Source of the DNA: Amoebophrya sp. A120 | Taxonomy: Eukaryota; Protista; Dinoflagellata | NCBI GenBank assembly: GCA_905178155.1 | Contig: CAJINV010000019.1 | Coordinates: forward strand, 502,475 to 566,474 | DNA: 64,000 bases | Reading direction: 5' to 3' | Part shown: in pieces, positions 36,901 to 48,300 of the stretch | Layout of the letters: the number at the start of each line of letters is the position of its first letter | Position numbering within the stretch: position 1 is the first letter of the stretch | The notes under the pieces: generated by a model | Told to the model about the DNA's origin: nothing | Seen by the model: only the letters and a program-made list of their open reading frames with translations | The model's database searches: none | Translations under genes and position numbers: made by a program

Positions 36901-37961
36901 AAAGCAGAAATTTTGCAACATGAAATGCTCGGTGGAAACAAAACTGCCGAGCGGCACGACTTGCGGCGGCGACTGGCACAACTCGGTCTTCGAAATGACC
37001 GAACTGCCGCGTACTTTTGCTGATTTGTGTAGAAGTTTTGTGTCGCGGAAGTAAAACTTAAACTTCTGCAGAAACAGGACACGATTATAGATTTTTGAGT
37101 TTTTCTCCAACTACAGGGTTGTCGTCATGTGTAATGACAAAATTCCTTTTGATTTTAGCTGTTCTCGTCTTACATGATAAAAACAAACACCCCAGCCGGC
37201 GTCGACCGTGTAGACCTGGAAGCTTTGGAAAAGCAGCAAAGCACGCTGCGAAAAGTTGTGGACCATATCAAATGCAAATATGTCTGGGTCTGGGAGATTG
37301 CGAGACTTGTCATGCTAATCTGGCATGACTCTGAACTCTGTATTGCGTGGCCGCGAAGAGCTCCTCTTGCCTGTCATGCAAAAACGCAGTTTCTCATGCG
37401 GAGTACGCAACTCAGAACCACGGCAACACTTGTCATGCTGGGCAGCGCACTACAATGCTTCCACTAATCCCTTCCTTGCATCACAAGTTTCCAGACCCAG
37501 GCATATTTGCAATGCATAGACAACCTGCAGACGCAACTGCGCATCGCCGGGGGGGAGGAAGCGAAGACGCCAGATACCAAATGTAAAAATGTCTGGGTCT
37601 GGAAGAATGCAACTTGTGATGCTGAATTCTGTATTGCATGAGCAGCAAAGAGAGTCCAAGTTTTGCTACACGCAAAGAGCATTTGTCATGCGGTATAGGC
37701 ATCAGGAAGCCCTCACAAAATCTGTGATGCTAGGGCATGCATCACAGACATCAGGAGTCATGCAAAATATGCATCACAAACCTAGTAATCTTCCAGACCC
37801 AGACATTTTTACATTTGATACCAGACCCCAGCAGCCCGAAGGCCGCCGCCAGGATGAAGCAGCAGTTGGGCGGGGCCATAATAGACTCGCGGGAAGATGA
37901 GCAAGGAAAGCCTCGAGAGAAAGTGCCAGATCAGGAAGTGCTGCGGTTCAGGAGGCCGTGA
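18953..37961 (+). CDS. Giant secreted/surface multidomain protein, roughly 2700-2800 aa (PAN/Apple-like Cys domains, Thr-rich mucin tracts, four 6-Cys repeats, F-type lectin-like, WSC)
   Basis: Frame traced continuously through 29 introners and 8 GT-AG introns. Motifs: CSAVCNSTEGCGFFAYSDDESC (Apple-like), IVIWNRADDAQERL (F-type lectin-like), IGCYRD...EECAVQC...YKYFGLQKSGECWCGN...CNMKC...CGG (WSC), poly-Thr at about 24030-24500. Could be more than one gene. Confidence 0.7.
19256..19405. mobile_element. Introner family B
   Basis: TIR; DR agcga/agcga. Confidence 0.9.
20028..20203. mobile_element. Aged introner; DR lost
   Basis: TAT...ATA ends, residual inverted aaaag.gtgcag; removal +5 nt joins CQSFES-x-DESCQINYG. 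Confidence 0.55.
20610..21394. repeat. Intronic array of related hairpins (about three 240-300 bp units)
   Basis: Repeated stems ctcttacctgg(g)cct...aggccaggtaagag (e.g. 21109-21181, 21238-21309) and ggcccgagaaagtggccag. Confidence 0.8.
21395..21457 (+). repeat. Duplicate of exon fragment + donor site at 20228-20290
   Basis: 62/63 nt identical; the following intron sequence is homologous but much more diverged. Confidence 0.85.
21725..21976. mobile_element. Introner family F
   Basis: TIR tat.acctgctca....gttacaatctcaa; DR atgaa/atgaa. Confidence 0.9.
22037..22187. mobile_element. Introner family H (single copy here)
   Basis: TIR tat.....gtaaatttcc.gtaca.gtacaaa; DR cgatc/cgatc. Confidence 0.88.
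22260..22515. mobile_element. Introner family A (CAT left end)
   Basis: Diverged TIR; DR gctcg/gctca. Confidence 0.85.
22916..23236. mobile_element. Introner family G
   Basis: TIR tatcaaa.tgaaa.a.gccccc.ccccatatc; DR cgagc/cgatc. Confidence 0.88.
23407..23662. mobile_element. Introner family A
   Basis: TIR; DR acctg/acctg. Confidence 0.9.
23720..23968. mobile_element. Introner family A
   Basis: TIR; DR ggaga/ggaga. Confidence 0.9.
24696..24954. mobile_element. Introner family A (diverged)
   Basis: TIR; DR cggac/cggac. Confidence 0.87.
25342..25668. mobile_element. Introner family G
   Basis: TIR tattgtgaggaaaaatc; DR ggcga/ggcga. Confidence 0.9.
26667..26929. mobile_element. Introner family A
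   Basis: TIR; DR acaag/acaag. Confidence 0.9.
26983..27262. mobile_element. Introner family C
   Basis: TIR tatcctgagtaaaaacgtacccac; DR gcggc/gcggc. Confidence 0.92.
27368..27630. mobile_element. Introner family A (CAT left end)
   Basis: TIR; DR gaccg/aaccg. Confidence 0.88.
27669..28037. mobile_element. Introner family D with internal inverted duplication
   Basis: TIR; DR ggagt/ggagt. Confidence 0.9.
28555..28816. mobile_element. Introner family A
   Basis: TIR; DR tgcgg/tgcgg; near-identical to 33738 and 42510. Confidence 0.92.
29220..29470. mobile_element. Introner family A
   Basis: TIR; DR cccgc/cccgc. Confidence 0.9.
29840..30390. repeat. Intronic ~16-bp minisatellite (gtagtgcctcgcttaa)n
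   Basis: Many degenerate copies inside GT-AG intron 29761-30477. Confidence 0.85.
30555..30828. mobile_element. Introner family A
   Basis: TIR; DR actcg/actcc. Confidence 0.88.
31099..31352. mobile_element. Introner family A
   Basis: TIR; DR gcgct/gcgct. Confidence 0.9.
31595..31742. mobile_element. Introner family B (diverged)
   Basis: TIR; DR cgacc/ggact. Confidence 0.8.
31904..32165. mobile_element. Introner family A
   Basis: TIR; DR ctcca/ctcca. Confidence 0.9.
32266..32526. mobile_element. Introner family A
   Basis: TIR; DR aggtc/aagtc. Confidence 0.88.
33059..33305. mobile_element. Introner family A
   Basis: TIR (right copy partly deleted); DR cacaa/cacaa. Confidence 0.88.
33738..34002. 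mobile_element. Introner family A
   Basis: TIR; DR agcaa/agcaa. Confidence 0.9.
34067..34377. mobile_element. Introner family G
   Basis: TIR; DR acact/acact. Confidence 0.9.
35343..35604. mobile_element. Introner family A
   Basis: TIR; DR attct/attct. Confidence 0.9.
36344..36605. mobile_element. Introner family A
   Basis: TIR; DR cgagg/cgagg (also yields GT-AG); splits the WSC domain. Confidence 0.92.
36678..36886. mobile_element. Introner family E (ATG right end)
   Basis: TIR; DR ccgga/ccgga. Confidence 0.87.
37266..37518. mobile_element. Introner family A
   Basis: TIR; DR gacca/gacaa. Confidence 0.88.
37575..37820. mobile_element. Introner family A (TAC left end)
   Basis: TIR; DR ccaga/ccaga. 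Confidence 0.9.
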
Positions 37962-39374
37962 GACCAGCACATGATTTGGGTGCAGCTTTTGTGGAGGTGA
38001 AAGCGGGTCTAATTTGCTTCCAATTAGATACGTATTCAAACAAGTTTTTTCGTAGAAATCAATTTTCAAGAAAGTCGCTTTATGTCCATTCATTCGACAA
38101 GCTGAAGCTTAAGGCTGTTTCGTAAAGGCTTTTATTCAAAACATCCCATTAAAGACAAAAAACTTGGCCCGATTTGTGAGGGAAAAGCCTTTCCAAGAAA
38201 GACCCGCCACGAAAAAAGGACCGTAAAACAAACCGTTAAAAGGGAACAGCTGATACTCAAAAACACCGACTTTATTAGGGACCGAATTTCTATTTTCATT
38301 CTATCCGACAAAAAAAAGAGCATTCACAGTCGCCTGCGTTAGATGCGGGAGCCTGTGAAGATGCTTTAGACAATAAACACACATCTAATGACTTTACCTG
38401 GAACAACATTTTTACATATTGGAGGTTTTTTATTGTTTCGCTTTATCACGCCAGGGACAGGGTTTCGAAGAATTCAAAGCGCGTAGTTCGGATTTTGTTT
38501 TGAAATTTTACGTCGCCGGTAGTACTTATCCGTAGGAATACGGACATATGTCGTGCAAGGGCGCACTACTGTGCCCCCCTAGTCTGATTTTTTGAAAAAA
38601 GTACACTAAAGAAAATGTTTCGTGATCGTGCATGAAAAGAACGTAAAGACTTTGACATTGCTTTGCAACAATGCCTTGTACCTAGAGCCGTTGTAATGGA
38701 CGCCGGATCATACTACTACATGAAACTCATTCTGCTAGAATCTCGGGGATGCGAAAACGTCTCAAGAACCGTATTGAAAAATCACTGGCGGAGCTTGTTT
38801 CCGTTTGTTCTCCTGTTTGTTTTGCAAGGTCTAGGTGTTACCGTTTAGTAGAACCACGCTAATGGAGGAAAATGATTGCGGCTGAGAGCGGTTGCGAAGG
38901 TTATTTCTGTTTCTTGTGTTAAGTATTTGCGATGAGAAAAAATGCGGGTCAAAAAAGGCTGGTTTAACGCAGAACAACTCTGCCTCTTATACGGCTTAAT
39001 TTCTTTTGCCGTGCGTCAACACAAACTAAAATAGATTCCGTGGTGCAGATGAACTTTCAGAGCCAGAAGAATCTTGCTGCAGCTAGTGCGCGAAGCATTT
39101 TTTACAACCATTTTTATTTTCATGTGTGTACAACTAGAACCGTTTCTCGCTGTCAAGATGAGCATCGTAATATCGGCAAGCTCTGCCGCTTTGCGGACTT
39201 CCTCTGGAGGTGCTACGTCGTCGCACACGGTGACTACCTCCGCGAGAGCAGACCCAAACGCGGAGAGGTAGCACGAGGCCGTTTTTCCTATTTCCCGGAG
39301 ATTTTCATCTAGGTCGACGCGCACACTACATCCAGGGGTGAGGTCGCGACTGCAGCTCTTCTTCGAATTAGATC

Positions 39375-42300
39375 ATGAGTTCCAACGCCGACGATTATGA
39401 GGACGCGCGGGACGTCGATGCTGGGCCTGCAATTCCAGGAGACCAGAACAAAACCTCCCAGCCGCCTTCGCTTCGCGACAAACTGCAGCAGCGTTGGAAC
39501 ACACCAAACCTGGAGATGGAATACGCCACTCTGGAGAAAGCCACTTCGAACTTCTCCCCGCTGAATAAGCTCGGGTCTGGCGCGTTCGGCTCCGTTTACA
39601 AGGGGACTTTGGAGGACGGGAACGAGGTCGCGATCAAAGTCATCGAGCACAACTCGGACCAAGCCGGGTTTGACGACGAAGTCCAGATGCTCAGCCGGTT
39701 ATGACAGTGCACAACTGTCCCCCGCCTCCCCCTCCTTCGTATTGCAAGGACAGCAATACAAACACTCGCAGATATGGAGCCTGTGCATGACAAGTTCATG
39801 CGCATAATGTAGTACTGTTTCAGCTCCTTCCGGAATCTGTCATGCAAACAGACCACACGGCAGCGCTTGGATTTGGTGTTTTGCATGAGAAATGACAGAG
39901 ACGGGGAGTTGTGCACTCGCAGACCGGTTCCGACACCCGAACTTGGTGATTCTGATGGGGTTCTGCAAGGGGCCCATTGGGAAGGAGCGGATCTTGGTCT
40001 ACGAACTGCTGTCCGGCGGCGACGTGCATCAGCGGATAAGATGGAGCCGAGAGGGAATCAAGGGCTTCAGCGGAAAGCAGCGGTGCAGCGTGGCGCTCGA
40101 TGCGGCGCAAGGGTAAGGAGGAAAGTAGTGGGTCGATGTAGGTCTTTTTCCTCTACTTTGTGATGCGGCATGAAGTTGTAGATCGAAATTTGAAAATAGA
40201 GAAAAACGTGATCTGGAAATTATAAATTTCACTGTATCAACAAGACAAATTCTCCACCAGGCTGTCCCACCTGCACTACTCGAAGCCGAAAGCGTTTCAC
40301 CGGGATATCAAAACCCCTAACATCATCCTGGACCGAAAAGACACCGCGAAGGTCGGCGATTTCGGCCTGGCTTGTGTGTTATGCATTGCAAAAGTATCGT
40401 ACTGGTAGTAATCGCATTCATGCATTACAAATTTCCTTCTCAAGCTAAATCCGCATTAGAGATGCCATTTCTCATGCTGAGGAAATTTGTAATGCAATTT
40501 ATACTAGTACGGTGCTTTTGCATTGCATATTTGTGCGAAAAGCAGGACGAACTGACAAAAAACGTGAACCAGACCGCCGGCACCGTCGGCTACGTCTGCC
40601 CCCACTACATCCGCACGGGGATCGTGTCCGAAGCGACGGAGGTGTACGCGTTCGGGATGGTTCTGCTGGAGTTGCTCACGGCGACCCCACCGGCGGTTCA
40701 AATCCGGGAGAAGGAGTTCAAGTTTCTCGTGAACGAATTGAAATACGACGTTGAGGAGGTGATGCGCAGGCTCGACCCCGCGGCCGCTTGGGACTACTTG
40801 ATTGCGCGGCAGATCGCGAACCACGCCCTGAAGTGCATCGATCCGGACATGGAGAAACGGCCGAAAATGCCGTTTTTGGTGACACAACTGCGGAAGCTGG
40901 ACCAGGGGATTGTGGACGATGAGAGTATTATAGTAGCGTCGTGCTGTATTGGACTTCTAGTACGGTGTTCTACTAGATCATGAAGAACAAACCACCAGAA
41001 ATGTAATGTAAGTAGGAAGAGGCACTGCTTTCGGCCTCTTGACGCATGTTATAAAAACACATGATTTTTTCCTTAACAGCTGCCGGTTTTTCTTCCTACA
41101 GCCAGTCCCCGTCGCCATATTTCCCGGCACCATCCCCAGTCCGGCCTCCCGGGAACAACAACAGCCTTGCTCCAAACTACAACCAAAACCATCACTATCG
41201 CCAGCCGAATTCGCCCTCCAAAGCCTACCACAAGCAAACCGGGCAACTTCTCCTTTCCGGTATGCGGGTACGGGCGCGGTGGAAGAATTTGATGATGTAT
41301 GCATAGCAAATATGTCTGGGTCTGGGAAGTTGCGAGATTTGTCATGCTAGTCTGGCATGCCTCTGAGCTCTGTGTTGCGTCACCGCGAAGAGCGGATCTT
41401 GCTTGTCATGCAAAAACGCAGTTCCTCATGCGGAGTACGCAACTCAGAACGACGGAAAAACTTGTCATGCTTGGCAGCGCATTACAGTGCGCCCGCTATT
41501 CCCTTTCTTGCGTCACAAGTTTCCAGACCCAGACATATTTGCATTTGATATGATGTGCAACGGCACGATTCAGTCCGCGCACACTGACGGCAGTTGCGTA
41601 TCAAATGCAAGTAGGTCTGGGTCTGGAAGTTTGTCATGCATCTCGCGGATCACAAAGAAAAGATAGTCTGGAATGCACTCACAAGCATCACAAATTTTGC
41701 AAGAGCTTTTTCATACCTGTATCCGCATGAGAAGTTCGCGTTTAGTGTGGCAAAAAGCGGGTAGCTTTTGCTGGTCACGCAGTACAGATTTTTGTACGAT
41801 TCAGATCTAGCATGACAAGTTTGGATCCTTCCGGACCCAGACATATTTGCAATCCATATTGCGACATCCAGTACGATGACGGCGATTTTGAGGAACGCGT
41901 AGACGAGGTGGAGCCGCACGACGAGTACGAAAAGGAAAAATCCCCCCTCCCCCTACTGAAAAGGTATACTTTTGGGAATTTGTGATGCTGATTTGTGGTC
42001 ACAAATCGTGTCTGTCTTGCAAGGAGACATATTCAGAAGGCCCCCGGTATTATGCCGGCGGTTTGTGATGCTGTTGGGCCTACAGCATAGACTTTTGCCA
42101 TGCTGAGCGCCTAGGCTAAAACCTCTCCACACAGGCTCGGCATGGGCCTGCAGTCCTCTACTGCAAGGCAGGGCTTATTTGTGTACGCAAATCCAGCGTC
42201 AGAAGTTTCGTTTTGATATGGGGAGGGGGGATTGTTGCTCGCAATAACGAGCAGCCCAACCCGATGGTAAGGGAAATGCTGGAAAAGGAGAAGCGAGAGC

Positions 42301-45300
42301 AGGTGGAGGCGGCTGCGGAAGAACGAAGGAAAGAACAGGAGAAGGTGGAAATAAGACAGCAGTCGAAGTCGAGAAGGAATTCCAACAACAAGTTCGGAAA
42401 CAATTACGTTGACCAAAAAATCGACGCAACGGTAGACTTACACCCGCCGAAAAGCCCGACTGGTGGCATAGCGGGGATCGACTTTTTCGCCAACGCCACG
42501 AAGCAGATGTATCAAATGCAAAAATGTCTGGGTCTGGAAGAATGCAACTTGTGACGCTGCATTTGGATTCCAAAAAATCTGTATTGCATGAGTACCAAAG
42601 GAAATGCAATTTTTGCTACGCTGAGAAGGCATTTGTCATGCGGAATACGCATCAAGAAGCCCTCAAAAAATCTGTATTGTTAGGGTATGCATCACAGACA
42701 TCATGGCTCATGCAAAAGGCGCATTACAACTACAAGTGTCAGAATCTTCCAGACCCAGACATTTTTACAGTTGATAAGATGGAGAAGTTTACCAGTGAGT
42801 TTTCCTACGACTACGCGCAATACAGCGAACAGGTGAACAGCATTGCGGAGTACTTCATCCATGGGAAAAATAGCCAAAGTGCATCAAGCGCGTCGGCGGG
42901 CGGAGAAGAACAGCACGATCGTCCAGACGATGGAGACGCCGGAAAAAAATCACCAGCTGGAGTAGAAGGATCTTTTCCACAGCAAGCGCAGGCATTTGAA
43001 CCGGAACTACAGGTAGACAGGCAGCAAAGTAGTAGCCCCGAGCACAACATCACGCCAAAAGACATGATGATCTCTGCCAATCTACCCTCTCCTGAGGGCG
43101 GGACACATCAAACTGGTCCTGACCACGAAAGTAGTCAGGAGCAGGAGGAGAACGAGAACCTCAATGTGGAAGTTGATAGTCATAGCTTGGAAAAAATAAA
43201 ATACGACGAGTACTACGACGACATGGTAGACCACGAAAGTAGCCCGCAAATAACGCCTCCAGGAGGAGATGGAAACAACTCTACCAATGAAAAAACACCA
43301 GCAATAAATGAAAACCTCGTCGACACCACCAACGCCACCGGTCGATATCGCAGGGAAAAATCCCCCCTCCCCATATTGATAAGGTACGTTCTCGGAAATT
43401 TGTGTTGCGGATTTGAGGTCACAAATCACATTTGGTTTGCAAGAAGACAAGGGCAGAAGCAGAAGCTTCCGCACCATTATGCATGCGGTTTGTCATGCTG
43501 TTGGGCCTACAGCGCGGACGTTTTTCATGCTAGGTGCCTAGGCCACTATCTCTCTACTCGCGCTTGATATGAGCCTGCAGCCCTCTCCAGCAAGACAGGT
43601 TCGATTTGTGTGCACAAATCCAGCGTCAGAAACTTCGTTTTGACATGTGGGGGATTTTTCCTTTTGATAGTCGAGCAGAGTTTCGTACCGTGCTCCAGTA
43701 CCCGAGATCCTGGCAAGCCGCCGAACCCGCGTTCCAACAGACGATTCAAAACACCTTCGCGGCGAGTGTTCCAGTCAGCCCAAGGACGGTCGAGCTGTTT
43801 CAGCAGATGCTGACCAATTTAGGAACGGGAACCAGTAGCAGCTCCTCCGCGCCCTTTGTCGAAACGGATACGAGGGAGTACGTCGGGGGTGCCGGTCATG
43901 AACAAGAGCTAACTGCAGCAGGTTTTTCAAGTGGTCTTCAGCACGAAAGTTGGAACTACCGATTCGTCCAGTGCTACCACAAGACGCAGTCCCCCTTCCA
44001 GCAGCATTTCCACCACGAGACAGATTACCAACAGCCCATACCGTTCTTCGACCACCCGCCGTGTGTCCTGTACGACGTGAACTCGGTTGGTAGGCTGCAG
44101 CAACCCTCCGGGTATATCAAATGTAAAAATGTCTGGGTCTGGAAGAATGCATGTTTCTCATGCTTGTCTGGCATGACTCTTAAATCTGTCATTCACGTTG
44201 CCCAAGAGCCGCGTTTTTCTGTCATGCGGAGACGCAGTCTGTCATGCAGAATAGGCAACACCTACAAGCTCAGCAATTTGTCATGCTGAGCCAGCACTTC
44301 TGGCCCCCTCATGCTACGCCACTCAGCATCACAAGTTTCCAGACCCAGACATTTTTACAGTTGATAGGGTACTGGGATTGCGTTATTTTAGATGCGGAAA
44401 CGCGCCACACGATATCCCGCGAGCATTTCCGGATTCTGCAGGTCAGGGAGAGTCCTACTTCATCCGGAGGTGGTGAATCAAGCGGCCGAGAAGTAAAGAA
44501 TCAGTATCAGCAGATCCAGTGTATCAGCAGTAACGGGTTGATGCTAAACGGAGAGTTGATCAAGAAGGAGTCCGGGCTATTACAGTGAAAAATGCCCCCA
44601 CCCCCGAACTTGGGACCATTTGTATTGCAAACCTTTCCAAATGAAACATTCGCCCTCTTGCATCTATCAGCGTCACAGATTTCCAATCGTAAATGGCAAG
44701 AATTTGCATTGCAAAAGATCCCAGCAAGAGCGGCGCTTGTCATGCAAGCGATGCGACACACGCGAACACGCCTAGACTCTGCATCAGAAAGATTCATACT
44801 CCTTTCCTGCATCCATGACAAAAAGTTTTCATTTGGAGACTTCGCATCACAAATTTTTGGAACTTTGGGGGTGGGGGCATTTTTCACTGCGATAAGGGCC
44901 TATGAAGATCCAGCACGGGGACATTCTCGGCTTCATTGCGCATTTGAAACAAGCGCCGTTTCTGCATTTGCGGTTCGAAGTCCGGGAAAAAATGCTAGAA
45001 ATAGCGAAGAAACCGAAGCCAAAAGTGGATCTTGCGGTCGGTGGTTCTGTGCTGGTGAAAGAGCAGAATATGAAGCCGAAACGAAATAACGCGAAGGGGA
45101 GCAAGCCTGCAAGCAGTAGTGACAATGCTTCCAAGCCGGCCGTGTTGAAAGCCACTACGACCTCGTCCCCCCAAAGGAACAAGAGAAAGTCGCGCGATTT
45201 CGCGTCGCCGCAAAATCCAAGCGCCGGGACTACAGATCCTGAGAACAGGAAGGAGCAAAAATCCACTACTTCTGCGACACACCAGCAGGCTATTCCGCGG

Positions 45301-48300
45301 AAAAAGTCGAATTCGCCTCCGAGTCCCACCCCGCCGCCGATGCAAAAAGAGAGCAATGCAAAAAATGAAAGCGCATTTTTACTAACCCCTGCAGATGACA
45401 CCATCGACCTCCCGAAAAATTGCGTGGCCGGTCGGTGGTGCCAGCCCAATGATCACGCTACCCAGGCTGCCTTGCGCCGGGAAGCGATGTATCTGTTGGA
45501 CGTGAATTTCGAACAAATTATGGAGAATAACAGCAGCTCCAGTGCTGGGTCAGCAGTGCCCTATCCTGTGTAAAAACGTCCCCACACCAGAGTCAGGATG
45601 GGGATTTTGCAACACAAGCCTAGGAGTTTTGGGAGTCACGCATGACAAGTTGCACTCCGCAGCGTAGTGCAGGTTAGCAAGTGCAGCCGCATCACAGATT
45701 CATCTGCTCATCCTGTTCACAGCATCACAAATTCCAATACACGATTGGAAATGGCTCGCATGGGGATGCACATTACAAGTCTTTCTGTCTTTGCAAATCT
45801 GCATTACAACTCTGGTGTGGGGACGTTTTTACTCAGGATACGCCCGCATTATCTTCCTTCCGCCGCCAGCTCTATTACGTCCTCGGTCCGGACAAAATTC
45901 CGCAAAAACTCCGGATCGGCCGGAACTATCAGAAAGCGCTGTGGGGAAAGAGTAGCGCGGAGCTTCTACCGGAGGAGTTGCTGGAGATAAGAGTAGAGCA
46001 GCCTTCTTCAGTTGATTTTGTATTAGAGATGAACAAAGCAAATCCAAATGCGAACCCTGAGAACTGCCGGTTTGTCGCACGGGTAATTTGGCCTTTGCAG
46101 TACAACTACGGCGTGGAACTTGGACCGGGGGAAGAAATTAGCCTCACGTCCGGTGCGCATTTTGCAGTGGAGATCAAGAATTTGACGGTCAGCATGACGT
46201 GGATTCCGCTGAACGTGCGACAGGAAGTTGCTTTCGCTAATGTAGTTGATGTAGTACATCAGACCAACCAGCGCGAGGGCATGGCTTCTGGTGCTGACGG
46301 TGCAAACAGAACCGAAGATTTGTGGGACAGCAAAGTCGCCGGGTCGGAAAAACTCGTGCGGAGGGACCAGCAGCGGTCCGTGACAAAATCGCCTGACCAC
46401 GCGGAAATTGTAGTAGATGCTGAACAAGGCGGAGGCAGCGCAGAGAGGACAAAGCGCGACAACGGGCAACATCAAGACGAGCCGAGGCTTACTCAACCAA
46501 CCTTCCGATCTCCGGTGACGCAGAACGCGGCAACCGCGACCTCCTACCCCGCGGCCCTTGGAACCGCGGTTACCATTGGTGGGACGCAGATGGGCTTATT
46601 GGCCGGGCACATGGCGTTCGATCCGTTGTTGCACAATGGGACGACGAGTGCTGGCTCTACTGCTGCTCCTAAAGTAGAGCCGCCGTTGGAAAGCTTTGTC
46701 GTGGAAAACCACGAGGAACATGCACGACCAGGTTCTTTCGCAGAGCCTCATCTCCCAGACCACCTGCAAGTGAACACGAACGATCCAGACACCACACAGA
46801 TCTTCGACCGGAAGAATGCGGTTGCTCCGATGCCGTTTCCGCAAGAGAAACCGGCGATATTACCACGCCCAGCACCACTTCCTTCCGACGCGGCAGATAA
46901 CCTTGACGACACGCAGATTTTCCACCCGCCAACCCGGGTGAGTCACGAGCTCCCGCCGATGGATGCGCCGCTTTTAGACACGAACTTTCATTTCCAAACC
47001 CACATCCCACAGGAGTTCAGCAACAGCACGGTTATTCCAGCGGATTCGGAGCAGGATCTTCATCGGGAGGTGGACCACAAGAGAAGTCCACTACTGGATC
47101 CAATGAGTAGTACGAAAATCCGACAAAACGCAAGTTCGTCCGCGGTGTATCTGCCGGCGCCCAGCAGTACTAGTCATGGCCGTGGTCCTCGTCCGGACTT
47201 ACCGGACCAGAGAAGTTCGCCGCGTTTGGTAAATGAACACGCGATATGGATTGCAAAAATGTCTGGGTCTGGAAGAATGCAACTTCTGATGCTGCATTTG
47301 GATGTCTAGAAAATTTGTGTTGCATGAGCAGCAAAGGGAGTATAATTTTTGCTACGGGAAGAGGGCATTTGTCATGCGGAATAGGCATCACGAAGCCCTC
47401 AAAAAATCTGTGATGCTAGGGCATGCATCACAGACATCATGGCTCATGCAAAACTTGCATCGCAAGTCTCATAATCTTCCAGACCCAGACACTTTTACTT
47501 TTGATACGCGACGACGTCGAAGCGGCAACCAACACTGATGAACAACCTCGACGGCTCGCAGAATACCGGACAGCAACTCAACATTCCCCCGTTACTGCAA
47601 ATGCCCACGTTGCTACCCAGTTCCGGTCGGGATTTTAGCCTGCAGTTCGGGACGGGTGCTGCTGGCACGACGACGGCCTCCGGATCATGCCCAGGAGCGG
47701 CCATGGGATCGCCAATTCTAGGGTCCTCTGGATCATCCTCGCAGTACCGGGCGCCGACTGTGGAGAAGGTGTCTCTGATGTCAGAACTATCAAATGCAAA
47801 AATGTCTGGGTCTGGAAGAGTGCAAGTTTGTCATGCTTGTCTGGCATGACTCGAGAATCTGTGTTGCATAGGCACGAAAAGGCCCTCTTACCTGTCATGC
47901 AAGAACGCAGCTTGCCATGCGGAATACGCAAGACATGGCAGCCAAAAAATTTGTCATGCATAACTGCGTATTGCAGTGCGTCTATCATTCACTTTTCGCA
48001 TTACAAGTTTCCAGACCCAGACATTTTTGCATTTGATGAGAACAGGAAGTGAACAACGTGCCCACCGCGAGTACCATGTTCCCCAGTAAAGACACGGAAT
48101 ATTATAACACGGCCGCGACTGCTAGGGAACGACAACATTCAGGAAGTAAAAACAGTGGTCTGCAACAGCCCCAAGCGCTTATTTCCCAACCGCATATTCA
48201 AGTTGGGAAAAGTAAGCTGCAAAAAATGCCCTCGCCGACGTCGACGAATCCTTTCCTCGGTGCAGCGACGGCGCAGCAGTACAACCAGGCACAATTTCTG

